Below are positions 13,305 through 25,454 of a DNA stretch of 64,000 nt, piece after piece. A program made the translations under genes and the position numbers. How positions within the stretch are numbered: position 1 is the stretch's first letter; the number at the start of each line of letters is the position of its first letter. Source of the stretch: Macrostomum lignano (lineage: Eukaryota). A model generated the notes under the pieces. That model saw only the letters and a program-made list of their open reading frames with translations, made no database searches and had not been told where the DNA came from. Location: contig NIVC01001494.1 in the NCBI GenBank assembly GCA_002269645.1, forward strand, positions 124,001 to 188,000. The letters are read 5' to 3'.

Positions 13305-13770
13305 TTGATAAACTGATCTATAGGTGAGATTGATCAATCAACTGATCTATAAGTGAGATTGATCAATCAACTGATCTATAGGTGAGATTGATCAACTGAC
13401 ATATAGGTGAGATTGATCAACTGATCTATAGGTGAGATTGATCAACTGACATATAGGTGAGATTGATCAACTGATTTATAGGTGAGATTGATCAATCAAC
13501 TGATCTATAAGTGAGATTGATCAATCAACTGATCTATAGGTGAGATTGATCAACTGACATATAGGTGAGATTGATCAACTGACATATAGGTGAGATTGAT
13601 CAATCAACTGATCTATAGGTGAGATTGATCAATCAACTGATCTATAGGTGAGATTGATCAATCAACTGATCTATAGGTGAGATTGATCAATCAACTGATC
13701 TATAGGTGAGATTGATCAATCAACTGATCTATAGGTGAGATTGATCAACTGACATATAGTGAGATTGATC
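13305..13770. repeat. 25/29-bp minisatellite ATAGGTGAGATTGATCAA(TCAA)CTGATCT
   Basis: Tandem copies. Confidence 0.94.
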
Positions 13771-14201
13771 AGAACGGATTCATAGGTAAGATAAAACTTG
13801 ATTTGAGTGCGAATTTGCTGCCAAAAAATCAAAGCACAAGGCGTCATCAAGTTATAGATGCCAGAGCAGTTAACATTGAAAACGGGGTGTCTCATTTGCC
13901 ATCATTTTTTCATTTGCCATCGTTGGCAGCTGAACAGCGCTTTCACATGGCAACTGTAGCCGCGGAACCATCGGGTCCTTAGCCAGCCTACGGTATCGCG
14001 TCATTTTCCAATAAGACATATTCTTGTAACCATAGCAACCCACTGAATTCTACTGACTAATACTTTGTACTCGCAGATGTAGGCCATCGGGTGGGAGTTT
14101 GGGAGATTTTTCCCAGATTTTCACAAAACCGGCCGGGTGTTGGAGGAAATGAGGCGGCAAACAACAAAGTCGGCAGTAACGACTAGCGGGCGGGCGGCTC
14201 G

Positions 14202-15110
14202 TCAGTTGCCCCTGACGGTGGCCAGCAGGCGGGCGGCGCACGGCCGGCTGCAGCCGATCACGTCGGCGGCCACGGGGTCGGCGGGCGCGTGGGCGGCCCG
14301 CACGGCGGCCAGTAGGGCGTCGGCCTGGCGGCCGCAGGTCAACGGCTCGGACTCGCGCAAGCAGAGGTCGGCAGCCACGGTGACGAAGGCGCGGTCGCAG
14401 GCGCCAGCTTCGATGCCGTAGTGGCCGGCGCAGGCGGCGCACAGGCGGTGGCTGTCACACAAGGCGGCCGCCTCAGCGTCCATTGCCAGGCCGAAGCGGC
14501 GCCGCACCTGGGCGCAGTTGGCCAGCGGCGTTCCGGCCGGAAAGCAGGCGCCGCCCTCGGCTTCGGCTGCCTCCTCGCCTTCGGCGTCGTGCTGAGCCAG
14601 CATCCCGGCCAGCCGGCGCAGGTCGCGGTCCCGAGCCGCGTTCTCCGCTGCCTGCGGCGGCGGCGCCACGGCGGCGGCCCGCTTCGGCGGAGACGCGTCG
14701 GGGGCCTCGGCGGCCTCGGTGACCTCCGCGGCGGCCTCGGCGGCGGCAGCTGCGGTGGCTGCCACGGAGCGCAGCTCGGCGTTCTCGGCACGCAGGCGGC
14801 GCAGCTCGTGGGCCTGTCGGCGGAGCTTCCGGACGGCGGTGCGGCCGGCCCGGACGGCCTCGGTCAGGGCTTCGTCCAGCTCCAGGCGTCGCCGTAGGCC
14901 GCCGAGTGCAGCCTCGCCTGCCAGCTCGGCAGAGTTGGACGCCGACGCCAGCTGGCTGCCCTCGGCCCGACGGTCCAGCGCGAGGTCGCCAGCATACACA
15001 CCGTCGTCGAAGTCGTCGTCGAAGTCGCCTTCTGCGTCGGAGATTCGGGTGAAGGCACTCAGCAGCAGCAGCAGCAGCAGCGGCCGCAGGCAGGTGTAGC
15101 GGACAGTCAT
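14202..15110 (-). CDS. Secreted protein: signal peptide, acidic and coiled-coil segment, and a C-terminal 10-Cys phospholipase-A2-like (conodipine/group IX-like) domain with an altered active site
   Basis: Intronless 302-aa ORF with GC-rich codon usage like neighbouring genes and a hydrophobic leader (LRPLLLLLLLSAFTRISDA). LCDSHRLCAAC...ACDRAF...LC mirrors the sPLA2 pattern CxxHDxCYxC...CDxxF...C. The family assignment is from motif recall only. Confidence 0.75.
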   Translation of the reverse strand: MTVRYTCLRPLLLLLLLSAFTRISDAEGDFDDDFDDGVYAGDLALDRRAEGSQLASASNSAELAGEAALGGLRRRLELDEALTEAVRAGRTAVRKLRRQAHELRRLRAENAELRSVAATAAAAAEAAAEVTEAAEAPDASPPKRAAAVAPPPQAAENAARDRDLRRLAGMLAQHDAEGEEAAEAEGGACFPAGTPLANCAQVRRRFGLAMDAEAAALCDSHRLCAACAGHYGIEAGACDRAFVTVAADLCLRESEPLTCGRQADALLAAVRAAHAPADPVAADVIGCSRPCAARLLATVRGN

Positions 15111-15966
15111 GTCTCTGCGCTCCGCTGTGTCAATCCGCTCCCCTTCTCGCCAAAAAGCGCCGCTCCAGTCTTTTAAGGCTTTCCCAGACTTATCTGAGCT
15201 GCACCGGGGCGGGGTGGCGAGATGGCGCGGCGGGTGGCCGTTTGTTTATCCCCACTAGTCCTGTCCCCGCCTGCCCTCGGGCCTGGACCAATGACAGCCG
15301 GCTCGCGTACTGCGGCATGCGGACTGGCACCTGGTGTTTGACTGGGAAGGGGCGGCAGTTCCCCAGGGCTGAGCTGAGGGGAGCAGCTTGAGCGCTGGGA
15401 GAGAGATGAGGAGAGATGAGAGAGATGAGATGAGGATCTGCAGCTGGGAATGCGGAGGGGGCCAGGTCCCATCCCGACACTTACAGGCTTTTGTTTCCTC
15501 ACGTGGGGACAGAAAACAGAAGGCAGACGGACAGAAACACTGCACTGCCGGCACTGAATACGGGGGGGGGGGTACGGGCTGAGGATAAGGGAACTGCTCA
15601 GTCTCACAGGACCTCAGCTCCGACACGACGTATAATTAAGAGTATAATGCAAGACATGCGGGAGCAACCTATCAATCAATTTCTGCTGCAATTTCTGAAT
15701 TGATCTCCAGCCTCGCAGTTTTTCCCAGCTCTCGAATTGCTGAAGCGCCCGCTGACGTCCCACCTCCGTCCCGGAGTGCAGCGGGGTACAGCGGCCCGGC
15801 GGTCAGTCTGGAGTCTGTACTCTGGCATTGGTTTGAGTCAGGTGTGCCAGAAAGCGGAAAACCCTCTGGCTGGGCCAAGATAGACTTTGAGAAGGGCTGG
15901 AATGATGAGGGCTAGGGGAAAGGAGACGCATGCTGACAGCAATATGCATCTTGCTCCATGGCCTGA

Positions 15967-15980
15967 GTTGCCATGGCAAC
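15967..15980. promoter_or_regulatory. Perfect palindromic RFX X-box GTTGCCATGGCAAC
   Basis: Exact X-box consensus about 860 bp upstream of the PLA2-like ATG. Related sites are at 14026-14039 (GTAACCATAGCAAC), 17907-17920 (ATTGCCATGGCAAC) and 958-971 (GTTGCCATGGCAAG). Confidence 0.55.
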
Positions 15981-16840
15981 CGTGACAGAATTGGCGAGGC
16001 GTAGAGGCACGAGCGCGAGCCTGGAAGAAGAGGGAGCGGAAAGAGGGGAGCTGAGCAAACCGAGCCAAACTTTGCAGTTTTGTCCCTGAGAGCATCGGCC
16101 TCGTTGCTGGGAGAGACGGGAGCGACTTGAGCTCAGCTTCAAGCTTTGTTGTCCATGAAAATTAGATGGATGTGCGGCAATTATTCATTTTTTCGAGCTC
16201 TCCTTTGAGCTCGCGGCACCGCCCTCCCAGCAATGTTTGCCTTTCCTCAACGACTCTTTGATGTCCGGGCCGATCGTGGCAATTTTCAGTCAAAAAAGCT
16301 GATCTCGAATGTACTTTAGTGGCCGCTGCCTTCCCAGATTTTTCCCGGGCATTAAGTCGGGGGATCTTGTGGGATTAGGAAAATTGCAGGCCGCATCGTA
16401 AAACTCTGCTGAGCTCGGATCGCCCCGGCGAGCCCATTGTGCAGCTATAATTGGATTCCGAGGGCCGCCGCTGCCGCTCGCTCCGCCGTCCCCGGCCGAA
16501 ATCTCGGCAATCGGATGGCGGCGCGGGGCACCGGGGAACTCTTTGAGGAAGCCGGCCTGTCCCGGCCAAGCTTTGAAACCCTGGGGATTTCAGTCAGTCT
16601 GCTTCCCCTTCCACTCTCTCTCTCTGTGCTAGTGAGCAGATTTGCCAGCCGCCTAAGGCATCAATTATTCCTCGTGTCCCTGTGTTATCCTCCTTCCTGA
16701 GAGCTGAGGGACCGGCTGCACTATTGCAGCCCCTCAGCCTCTCCAGCTCATGCCCGGCCTCATGTCTTGCATCCGCCGTTCTTGAGCCTCTCATTGTGAA
16801 TTTTTAACGGACTTTCAAGCTCACGATTTCAGCCCATACG

Positions 16841-17346
16841 CAAGTTCATGTGCGCAATCTGAGTCTGCGTCAATTATCACAGATCTGCAATGTCTGGTCC
16901 ACGCTCTCTCCTCAAGTTCATGTGCGCAATCTGAGTCTGCGTCAATTATCACAGATCTGCAATGTCTGGTCCACGCTCTCTCCTCAAGTTCATGTGCGCA
17001 ATCTGAGTCTGCGTCAATTATCACAGATCTGCAATGTCTGGTCCACGCTCTCTCCTCAAGTTCATGTGCGCAATCTGAGTCTGCGTCAATTATCACAGAT
17101 CTGCAATGTCTGGTCCACGCTCTCTCCTCAAGTTCATGTGCGCAATCTGAGTCTGCGTCAATTATCACAGATCTGCAAATGTCTGGTCCACGCTCTCTCC
17201 TCAAGTTCATGTGCGCAATCTGAGTCTGCGTCAATTATCACAGATCTGCAATGTCTGGTCCACGCTCTCTCCTCAAGTTCATGTGCGCAATCTGAGTCTG
17301 CGTCAATTATCACAGATCTGCAAATGTCTGGTCCACGCTCTCTCCT
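16841..17346. repeat. 72-bp satellite, about 7 near-identical copies
   Basis: Unit CAAGTTCATGTGCGCAATCTGAGTCTGCG...ACGCTCTCTCCT. Confidence 0.96.
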
Positions 17347-18364
17347 GATGAGGAACAGAGCAACCGCAGCCCCACAATGCATGCAAGTTTGGACGCAGAT
17401 GAGAAAGCGAGCTTGCTGTACTCTGTGAGTGGAGTGCGCAGACTCGATTGAGAATTTTTCAATCAATTCATTTTTAACAGCATGACTAAACAAAAGGCTT
17501 TTAATCCAGACACACAACTGTCATTTCAATAACAGGACAGGAAGAGCTTTGAAAAAGCATTTGTCTGCCCACAGATGCCGTCTAGACAGCAACATGGGTC
17601 AGGACATACTCAGCAGAATTGGCAGGAGCAGCAGCCAAGCACTCAGCGCTACTCAGCGATTTGAGTAGCAATCAAAATCCGGCAGGGGCGCTCGGCACTG
17701 CAGGGAATTCATCCCATTTTTAATCTCCAATCTGCCATGCAGCACCCGCTGAGTGATGACGCATCAATGTCAAAATTTAGCTGCCTATAACAAGCTTCTA
17801 TTATGAATCCAAAGAAGGTCGCGAGTTCGAGTACCACACTAGACTTGTCGAGAAATTGTATCCTACGCAGGGAATGTGTCCCAAGGCGGAAGTATGCGGA
17901 TGAGCAATTGCCATGGCAACCTCGGCATAAAGCCAGATGAAATGACACACAGGCCGCGCTGGGTGCCATGAAATATAAATGCGCAGCGGGCTACTGCAGG
18001 CAGCCAGTTGAATAGGGACAGGCGGGTATTGAGCCAAGCAGCGGCCAGGGCCAACTTGAAGCACCAATAAAATTGAGAGAAAAAACTGTAGCCTGCGGCG
18101 TCGCTCCATCATCCTGCCGGAGTCGCCTGCCCAGGTGAGGGGATTGGGCCGTGATAAATTAAATTACAGCTCAGCGAGAGGTCTATGCGGGCTGGCCAGT
18201 ACAGTTGGACACAAGCAGGGCAAGTGCTCTACGCTGGTAGAGTATAGAGGCTGAATCGCGGATCATTGGATTTTATGCGTTCATTTCTTCTACTTATAGT
18301 AACAAAGAAGCGCGAGAAATTCATTTTTTTAATCTTTGATAAATATCAATATTTACCCCCCTCC

Positions 18365-19520
18365 CAAGTGACTGGATTCTCGTGAGCTGGAACCCCAAGT
18401 GACTGCATTCTCGTGAGCTGGAACCCCAAGTGACTGCATTCTCGTGAGCTGGAACCCCAAGTGACTGCATTCTCGTGAGCTGGAACCCCAAGTGACTGCA
18501 TTCTCGTGAGCTGGAACCCCAAGTGACTGCATTCTCGTGAGCTGGAACCCCAAGTGACTGCATTCTCGTGAGCTGGAACCCCAAGTGACTGCATTCTCGT
18601 GAGCTGGAACCCCAAGTGACTGGATTCTCGTGAGCTGGAACCCCAAGTGACTGCATTCTCGTGAGCTGGAACCCCAAGTGACTGCATTCTCGTGAGCTGG
18701 AACCCCAAGTGACTGCATTCTCGTGAGCTGGAACCCCAAGTGTCTGCATTCTCGTGAGCTGGAACCCCAAGTGTCTGCATTCTCGTGAGCTGGAACCCCA
18801 AGTGACTGCATTCTCGTGAGCTGGAACCCCAAGTGACTGCATTCTCGTGAGCTGGAACCCCAAGTGACTGCATTCTCGTGAGCTGGAACCCCAAGTGTCT
18901 GCATTCTCGTGAGCTGGAACCCCAAGTGACTGCATTCTCGTGAGCTGGAACCCCAAGTGTCTGCATTCTCGTGAGCTGGAACCCCAAGTGTCTGCATTCT
19001 CGTGAGCTGGAACCCCAAGTGACTGGATTCTCGTGAGCTGGAACCCCAAGTGATTGCATTCTCGTGAGCTGGAACCCCAAGTGACTGCATTCTCGTGAGC
19101 TGGAACCCCAAGTGACTGCATTCTCGTGAGCTGGAACCCCAAGTGACTGCATTCTCGTGAGCTGGAACCCCAAGTGACTGGATTCTCGTGAGCTGGAACC
19201 CCAAGTTGACTGCATTCTCGTGAGCTGGAACCCCAAGTGATTGCATTCTCGTGAGCTGGAACCCCAAGTGACTGCATTCTCGTGAGCTGGAACCCCAAGT
19301 GACTGCATTCTCGTGAGCTGGAACCCCAAGTGACTGCATTCTCGTGAGCTGGAACCCCAAGTGACTGCATTCTCGTGAGCTGGAACCCCAAGTGACTGCA
19401 TTCTCGTGAGCTGGAACCCCAAGTGACTGCATTCTCGTGAGCTGGAACCCCAAGTGACTGCATTCTCGTGAGCTGGAACCCCAAGTGTCTGGATTCTCGT
19501 GAACTGGAACCCCCTAAGTG
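18365..19520. repeat. 31-bp minisatellite AGTGACTGCATTCTCGTGAGCTGGAACCCCA
   Basis: About 37 highly homogeneous copies. Confidence 0.97.
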
Positions 19521-20107
19521 ACTGGATTCTCGTGAACTGACTCAGACTTAGTCTCACCAGAGCCCAGAGCTAACACCTGCTTCTTGTACAGGGAACAGGT
19601 GAGAATGCCCCATTTAGTGTCTAACCGAGACCTTCTGATTCATTATTACAGTTGCAGCTGCAAAAACATGGAACAACCTATCAATCAATACCTAGCTCAA
19701 CTCTATACCGAGAGGAAAGGCAGAGTAACTTGCTCACTAATGCACTTTGAACCCGTGCTCATTCATCACAGCTCCATGCCCTCATTTCCGGAGCAGGATT
19801 TTCTTTAAGAATGGCAATTGCCTCAGTTATAAGGCTACCAAAATGAAGCAAGGCAATCAATAAGCTGGACTGCATTTTAGCCAATAGTAAAGACAAAATA
19901 TTTCCAATTCAATATGCCTTATAATTACAGCAATCATGCAATGTACTCGTCATTACAATAGGATTAATAGGCGAAGTTCACTCTGAACAGAAGAAAAATT
20001 AAAATGAAATTTTTAAAACAACAGCTAACGGCATAACAGCGGCAAAGTCTGAATTTTTATGGACACCCAACTGACACCGAACACTAGAGGCTGCGGCGAG
20101 CGAGCTG

Positions 20108-21152
20108 GGGTGGGTGATTGGGGAAGTGGGGGATTGGGGAAGTGGGTGATTGGGGAGTGGGTGATTGGGGAAGTGGGTGATTGGGGAAGTGGGGGATTGG
20201 GAAGTGGGTGATTGGGGAAGTGGGGGATTGGGGAGTGGTGATTGGGGAAGTGGGGGATTGGGGAGTGGTGATTGGGGAAGTGGGGGATTGGGAAGTGGGG
20301 GATTGGGGAGTGGGGGATTTGGGAAGTGGGGGATTGGGAAGTGTTGGATTGGGAAGTGTGGAATTAGGAAGTGGGGATTTAGGAAGTGGGGATTGGGAAG
20401 TGGGTGATTGGGGAAGTGGGGGATTGGGGAGTGGGGGATTTGGGAAGTGGGGGATTGGGAAGTGGGGGATTGGGGAGTGGGGGATTTGGGAAGTGGGGGA
20501 TTGGGAAGTGTTGGATTGGGAAGTGTGGGATTAGGAAGTGGGGATTTAGGAAGTGGGGATTGGGAAGTGGGGGATTGGGAAGTGGGGGATTGGGAAGTAG
20601 GGGATTGGGAAGTGGGGATTGGGGAGTGGGGATTTGGGAAGTGGGGGATTGGGAAGTGTTGGATTGGGAAGTGTGGGATTGGGAAGTGGGGATTGGGAAG
20701 TGTTGGATTGGGAAGTGTTGGATTAGGAAGTGGGGATTTGGGAAGTGGGGGATTGGGAAGTGTTGGATTGGGAAGTGTGGGATTAGGAAGTGGGGATTTA
20801 GGAAGTGGGGATTGGGAAGTGGGGGATTGGGAAGTGGGGGATTGGGAAGTAGGGGATTGGGAAGTGGGGGATTGGGGAGTGGGGGATTTGGGAAGTGGGG
20901 GATTGGGAAGTGTTGGATTGGGAAGTGTGGGATTGGGAAGTGGGGATTGGGAAGTGTTGGATTGGGAAGTGTTGGATTAGGAAGTGGGGATTTGGGAAGT
21001 GGGGATTTGGGAAGTGGGGATTTGGGAAGTGGGGATTGGGAAGTATGGGATTGGGAAGTGGGGATTGGGAAGTGTTGGATTGGGAAGTGTTGGATTAGGA
21101 AGTGGGGATTTGGGAAGTGGGGATTTGGGAAGTGGGGGATTGGGAAGTGGGG
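20108..21152. repeat. G-rich 14-16-bp minisatellite GGGAAGTGGGGGATT
   Basis: Tandem copies with dense G-runs. Confidence 0.95.
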
Positions 21153-21890
21153 GCTTGAGAGGTGGGAGAACGCGACAATTTCGGGATGCAATCATAGTGT
21201 AAGCAGCGAGAAACAGAGAAATGTAAATGAAGTGAAAGAGTCAATTCGGGCAAACGAGAGACTTGAGTGCTGTCGCGACTGCTCAAACCGCAGCAGCAAA
21301 GATAGGGAGCACAAATGGACAGTAAGTAAGCAAGGACAAAAAGCATTAATCGGGACTTTATTCCCGCAAAAATCCACGCAATGAGCAGAAACAAATAAAG
21401 GTACAAAAAGTCCGCACCCGCCGCTGCAGACAAGAATTTTTGCTTTTGCAGGCACACCTGCGATGGCAGGCTGGGAGATTGGGCAGCAGAGGGGGGGGCA
21501 AAGCGGCCGCAAGTGAGCAGCTCTGAGTACAGGGGGAGATTGCAAGTCCCAGAGAGCAAGACTTTTTGCGATCAGGGGGAGGAGGGACAGAAGGAGGAAT
21601 CCGATTTTATCCCCCCCCCGAGTGTACACCGGCTGGACGTCGCTAGCCGCGCAGAGCAAGCGGAGATGCTGCAAAGCGCCGATCTCAGCTGAGGAAGGCG
21701 GGCAGGCAGGTGCAAAATCAAAGACAAGACGACAGGAAGAGGACTGAGCGCGGGGCCGGCGATGCAAAGCTATTTTGGGACTCTCCGAGCATCACAAGCT
21801 CCGAGTCCGCATTGAATTTCGTTGTTAAGCCCCCCGCCCATCCCCGGCTGCCTCCCCTCGCGGATTATCCCCAGCAGCTGAGCTGGAGCT

Positions 21891-22424
21891 TCATCCCTTG
21901 GCCTGTGCGGCCAGCCACTCCAGGCCGGCCGTGAGGCCCTCGCCGCTCAGGGCGCAGCAGGCCTGAATGTGCCAGGGGTTGGCCCGGATGCTGGTGAGGT
22001 CCAGCGCCTGGCTGATCTCGGCCGCGGACAGCCGGCCGTTGATGTCCTGCTTGTTGGCGAGCACGAGCAGCCGCGCCCGCTTCAGGTGGTCCGAGGCGAG
22101 CATCTTGTACAGCTCGTCCTTGATGACGGCCAGCCGCTGCCTGTCGGAGGAGTCGATGACGAGGATGATGAAGTCGGTGCTCTGGTAGTAGGTCTCCCAC
22201 GTGGCCCGGATGGAGGTCTGGCCGCCCAGGTCCCACATCACGAAGTGGATGTTGCGCCAGCGCAGCTGCTCCACGTTGGAGCCGATGGTAGGCGAGGTGT
22301 GCACGGCCTCGCCCAGCACCAGCTGGTACAGCACGGTGGTCTTGCCGGCATTGTCCAGCCCGACCAGCAGTACTTTGTGCTCTTGGGTACCAAAAAGGCT
22401 CCACAGCCTGGCTATTATCAGCCC
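21891..22424 (-). CDS. ARL5: ADP-ribosylation factor-like protein 5 (small GTPase); initiator Met not encoded locally
   Basis: Contains GLDNAGKT (G1), [14 protein letters not shown] (G3), NKQD (G4) and [14 protein letters not shown], typical of ARL5. The coding sequence starts at Gly2 (GGG, 22424) directly after the acceptor ccaacttgcag. The ORF-track start is a TTG inside that acceptor. Confidence 0.95.
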   Translation of the reverse strand, partial: GLIIARLWSLFGTQEHKVLLVGLDNAGKTTVLYQLVLGEAVHTSPTIGSNVEQLRWRNIHFVMWDLGGQTSIRATWETYYQSTDFIILVIDSSDRQRLAVIKDELYKMLASDHLKRARLLVLANKQDINGRLSAAEISQALDLTSIRANPWHIQACCALSGEGLTAGLEWLAAQAKG

Positions 22425-24823
22425 CTGCAAGTTGGCGAGTGCCGTGATTTACTGATAGGCTTCAACTGAACTCGAATTAACAACCAGGTAGGATCCTGGG
22501 ATTGGGGTCCTACTTGACCCTTATTCAATACAAGGCTGGATGAGACAAGGAATTAGGCAGGCAGTCAAGATGGAATTGAAAGTTTCATGCTTGCATATCG
22601 AACTATTTGACAACAGGGAATAATCTGGTCTGTTCTTGCCACATTCTCTCAAACAAACCACATGCTAAGAGTTCACCTTCGACCTGCTGAATCATCTTGG
22701 GACCAGTCTGGTTCAGTATAAGCTGTGGTCCATTTCTCTTCTACTCCCTTGGGTGTGGGATGAGAGATGCTAATGCCAGACCTGGGGAGTTGCAGCTCTC
22801 TACAAAAGTACATGTTTTTTGTTATATGGATATATAAGCTTGTAGACAGGACATACAAATACATATATGGCTTTGGGAATGCATATTGCCTATATCTAAT
22901 TAGTAATATTTGCCAATCAACAACAGAATTAATTTAGACTTATTAAAAGATCATTGGAGCCCTTGATTTAATTGGTAAGAAGGGGGGGGTAAAACAGAAG
23001 AAATAAATTAATTTTGCCCATTTCAAAGCTTTTGTAAAGCAGAGGGAACTATCAAATTCTTAGGTTAGGGACTCAAGCAATAGAGATCTTCTAAGCAATT
23101 GAGGCTAAAGTTGAGATAAATTCAATCCTAGCCATTCTTATAATATTAATAAATAATAATTTACAATATTACACTTGCCTTAATGGCCAGATGTGCAACC
23201 AACAGCTTAGCTATAGCTATTATGCAATTATGAAAAGTTATAGGAAATTAATTAGCTATAGATATAAACATAAGTAAAGAATAAGAAAATGTATAAACTG
23301 CTATAGATATAGATACAAGAAAGTTTTTGTTATGGTTGAGCTCTTGCTTGTTGGATAAGTTCACAATATATAAAATTTTATTTTTGACAAAAAATCTAAT
23401 ATATAGTATTGTATATTAAAAATAATTATTAACAATATATTATTACCTATAACTTAAAAGCTATCATCTATTGGAATAAAAAATATTTTAGGACATAAAG
23501 GAATCTTAATAGCCAAAGTTAGTGATATAATTATTGAATGAAATAAGAAAATCATGCTAAAAAATAGAAAAAAGAAAGAACTCATGATGAACTTATGAAA
23601 AGAAAGAGAAAAGATTGTCTATAAATGAAAGATTGAAAAAATATACATTAAAAGACCTTTCTTTTGCTGATTTGTTTTTTTCATATACTAAAAATGGTTT
23701 ATCAATAGTGAATAGGTATCTATGCATACATGCCCAACCTCAAAATTTCACCTGTCCGATGCAACTTAGTTTTATCTAGATTAGTTAGTTCCTCCTAATT
23801 GCAACTTAGTTCTTCTTGATTGCAACTCAGTTACCCCAATTGCAACTTAATTTTCAATTTGTATGATTTTCCTTGCCTTTTTTCTTTTCTTCTTTTTCTC
23901 TTTTCTTTTCTCTCTCTCCTCTCTCCTTTCTTTTCTTTTTCTCTTTCTCTCCTTCATTCTTTTCCCAATTTTTTCAATTTTCGCTTTTTTGATTTTGCAA
24001 CTTACCTTGGCTAATGTTCCCAAAGATGTTCCCAAATCAGTACATGTATTTTTATTAAGCTCTAGCTCATTGCTAATAAATGGATGAAATATTATGCTAG
24101 CTAAGACATCAGAAATTATGCTTTTTTATAGTTGATATAGCCCATAATAGTAATAATTTTATACTTTTCTACTATGCTAGGCCTAGGGCTAAAAAAGGTC
24201 TACATTTTATTTTACTAATTAGCAGATAATCAATGTTTAATAGGTTTTAAAATTGTTAGACCTTTAACTTAAATAAGATAAATAGCATAGTAACTAAGTA
24301 AGCTGTAGTAGTAGGTAGGCTGTAGTAGGCCAGTGCAGGCAAAAATAGGCCCACCTAATAGTAATAGAATGGATATTGGATAAGATAAAATTGAATGGTT
24401 TAAATTGAACCAACAAAAGTTAAGAGTAAGACAAAGTGCTGACAAGCAAAAAGAAATATACAGAATAGAGAGTACTCGTATATATATACTAACGTAACCC
24501 ACTTTTATAGCAGGAACTAAACTAAAAAGACTAACACTAGTCGCCTACCTTGACTGAGATTAAATTAAGCAAATAAAGACCAACCCTACCTCCTATACAT
24601 AGTGATGGTGTGACGTACTTGCCTATATTTGGAAGATTATTCGGCCTATTTTTTAGCACTTATTATCACACTTAAAATTATTTTGAGATTTACTGAAACA
24701 ATTAAACTCAAATAGTTAAATTCGTTGAAATACCATATTGAGTTTCTTTACTTTTGTTTTTTTACACTATTCTGCCATTTTAATTTTAGATTTTACACGA
24801 AACAAACGTGAACAATAATGCCA

Positions 24824-25241
24824 GTAAAGTGTAAAAAGTTACACACCCAGTTTTTTTGGGGAAAACGTTACCTTCAAATTGCGTTCAAAGAGCACAATGA
24901 AATTGAAAATAATATTGTATTTTGATTTCGTTTGTCTAGTTCAAATTAAAATTGCAAGTTAGAAGCTTATAGAATGGGTAAAATAAATCACAAGAGCATT
25001 TTTATTTTTTCATTGGGTAAGCGTGTGTAAACCCTGGGTAATTTCAGGTACGTTTTTGGGGTAATGTCTTACCCAGCAATTAAACACTCATTTATTGGCC
25101 TCATCATCTATATTTTATGAATAATTATTCTATGATTTATGCTGCATAGGCGATAGCAAGTTATTTTCAATTTCATTGCGCTCTTTGAATGCAATTTGAA
25201 GGTAACGTTTTCGGGTAACTGGGTAACTTTTTACACTTTAC
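24824..25241. mobile_element. MITE-like element with about 85-bp terminal inverted repeats
   Basis: 24824-24912 (GTAAAGTGTAAAAAGTTAC...GAAAACGTTACCTTCAAATTGCGTTCAAAGAGCACAATGAAATTGAAAATAA) is the near reverse complement of 25161-25241. No clear TSD. Confidence 0.7.
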
Positions 25242-25454
25242 CATAAAGCTTGAACTGCAGAGCAAACATCTGCAGATAGCAAGCATCCCCAGATATTGTT
25301 GAAGCATCCACCCAGATAGCAAGCATCTTCCGAGATAGCAAGCATCCCCCAGATATTGTTGAAGCATCTACCCAGATATAAAAAATCCTGCAGATAGCAA
25401 GAATCCCTAAATTGCAAGCATCCCTGGATAGAAAGAATCCGATACATGTAGCCT

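Noticed and set aside
16841-17346. CRISPR-like appearance of regular repeats (also 18365-19520 and 36624-37290)
   Set aside because: There are no unique spacers and no cas genes, and the context is eukaryotic.
18321-19557. Long ORFs of 366-403 aa in three frames
   Set aside because: They are translations of a 31-bp minisatellite that happens to lack stops on one strand. No unique sequence or splice support.
20165-21384. Gly/Trp-rich or Pro-rich collagen- or adhesive-like ORFs
   Set aside because: They are open in several frames and on both strands because of the G-rich repeat.
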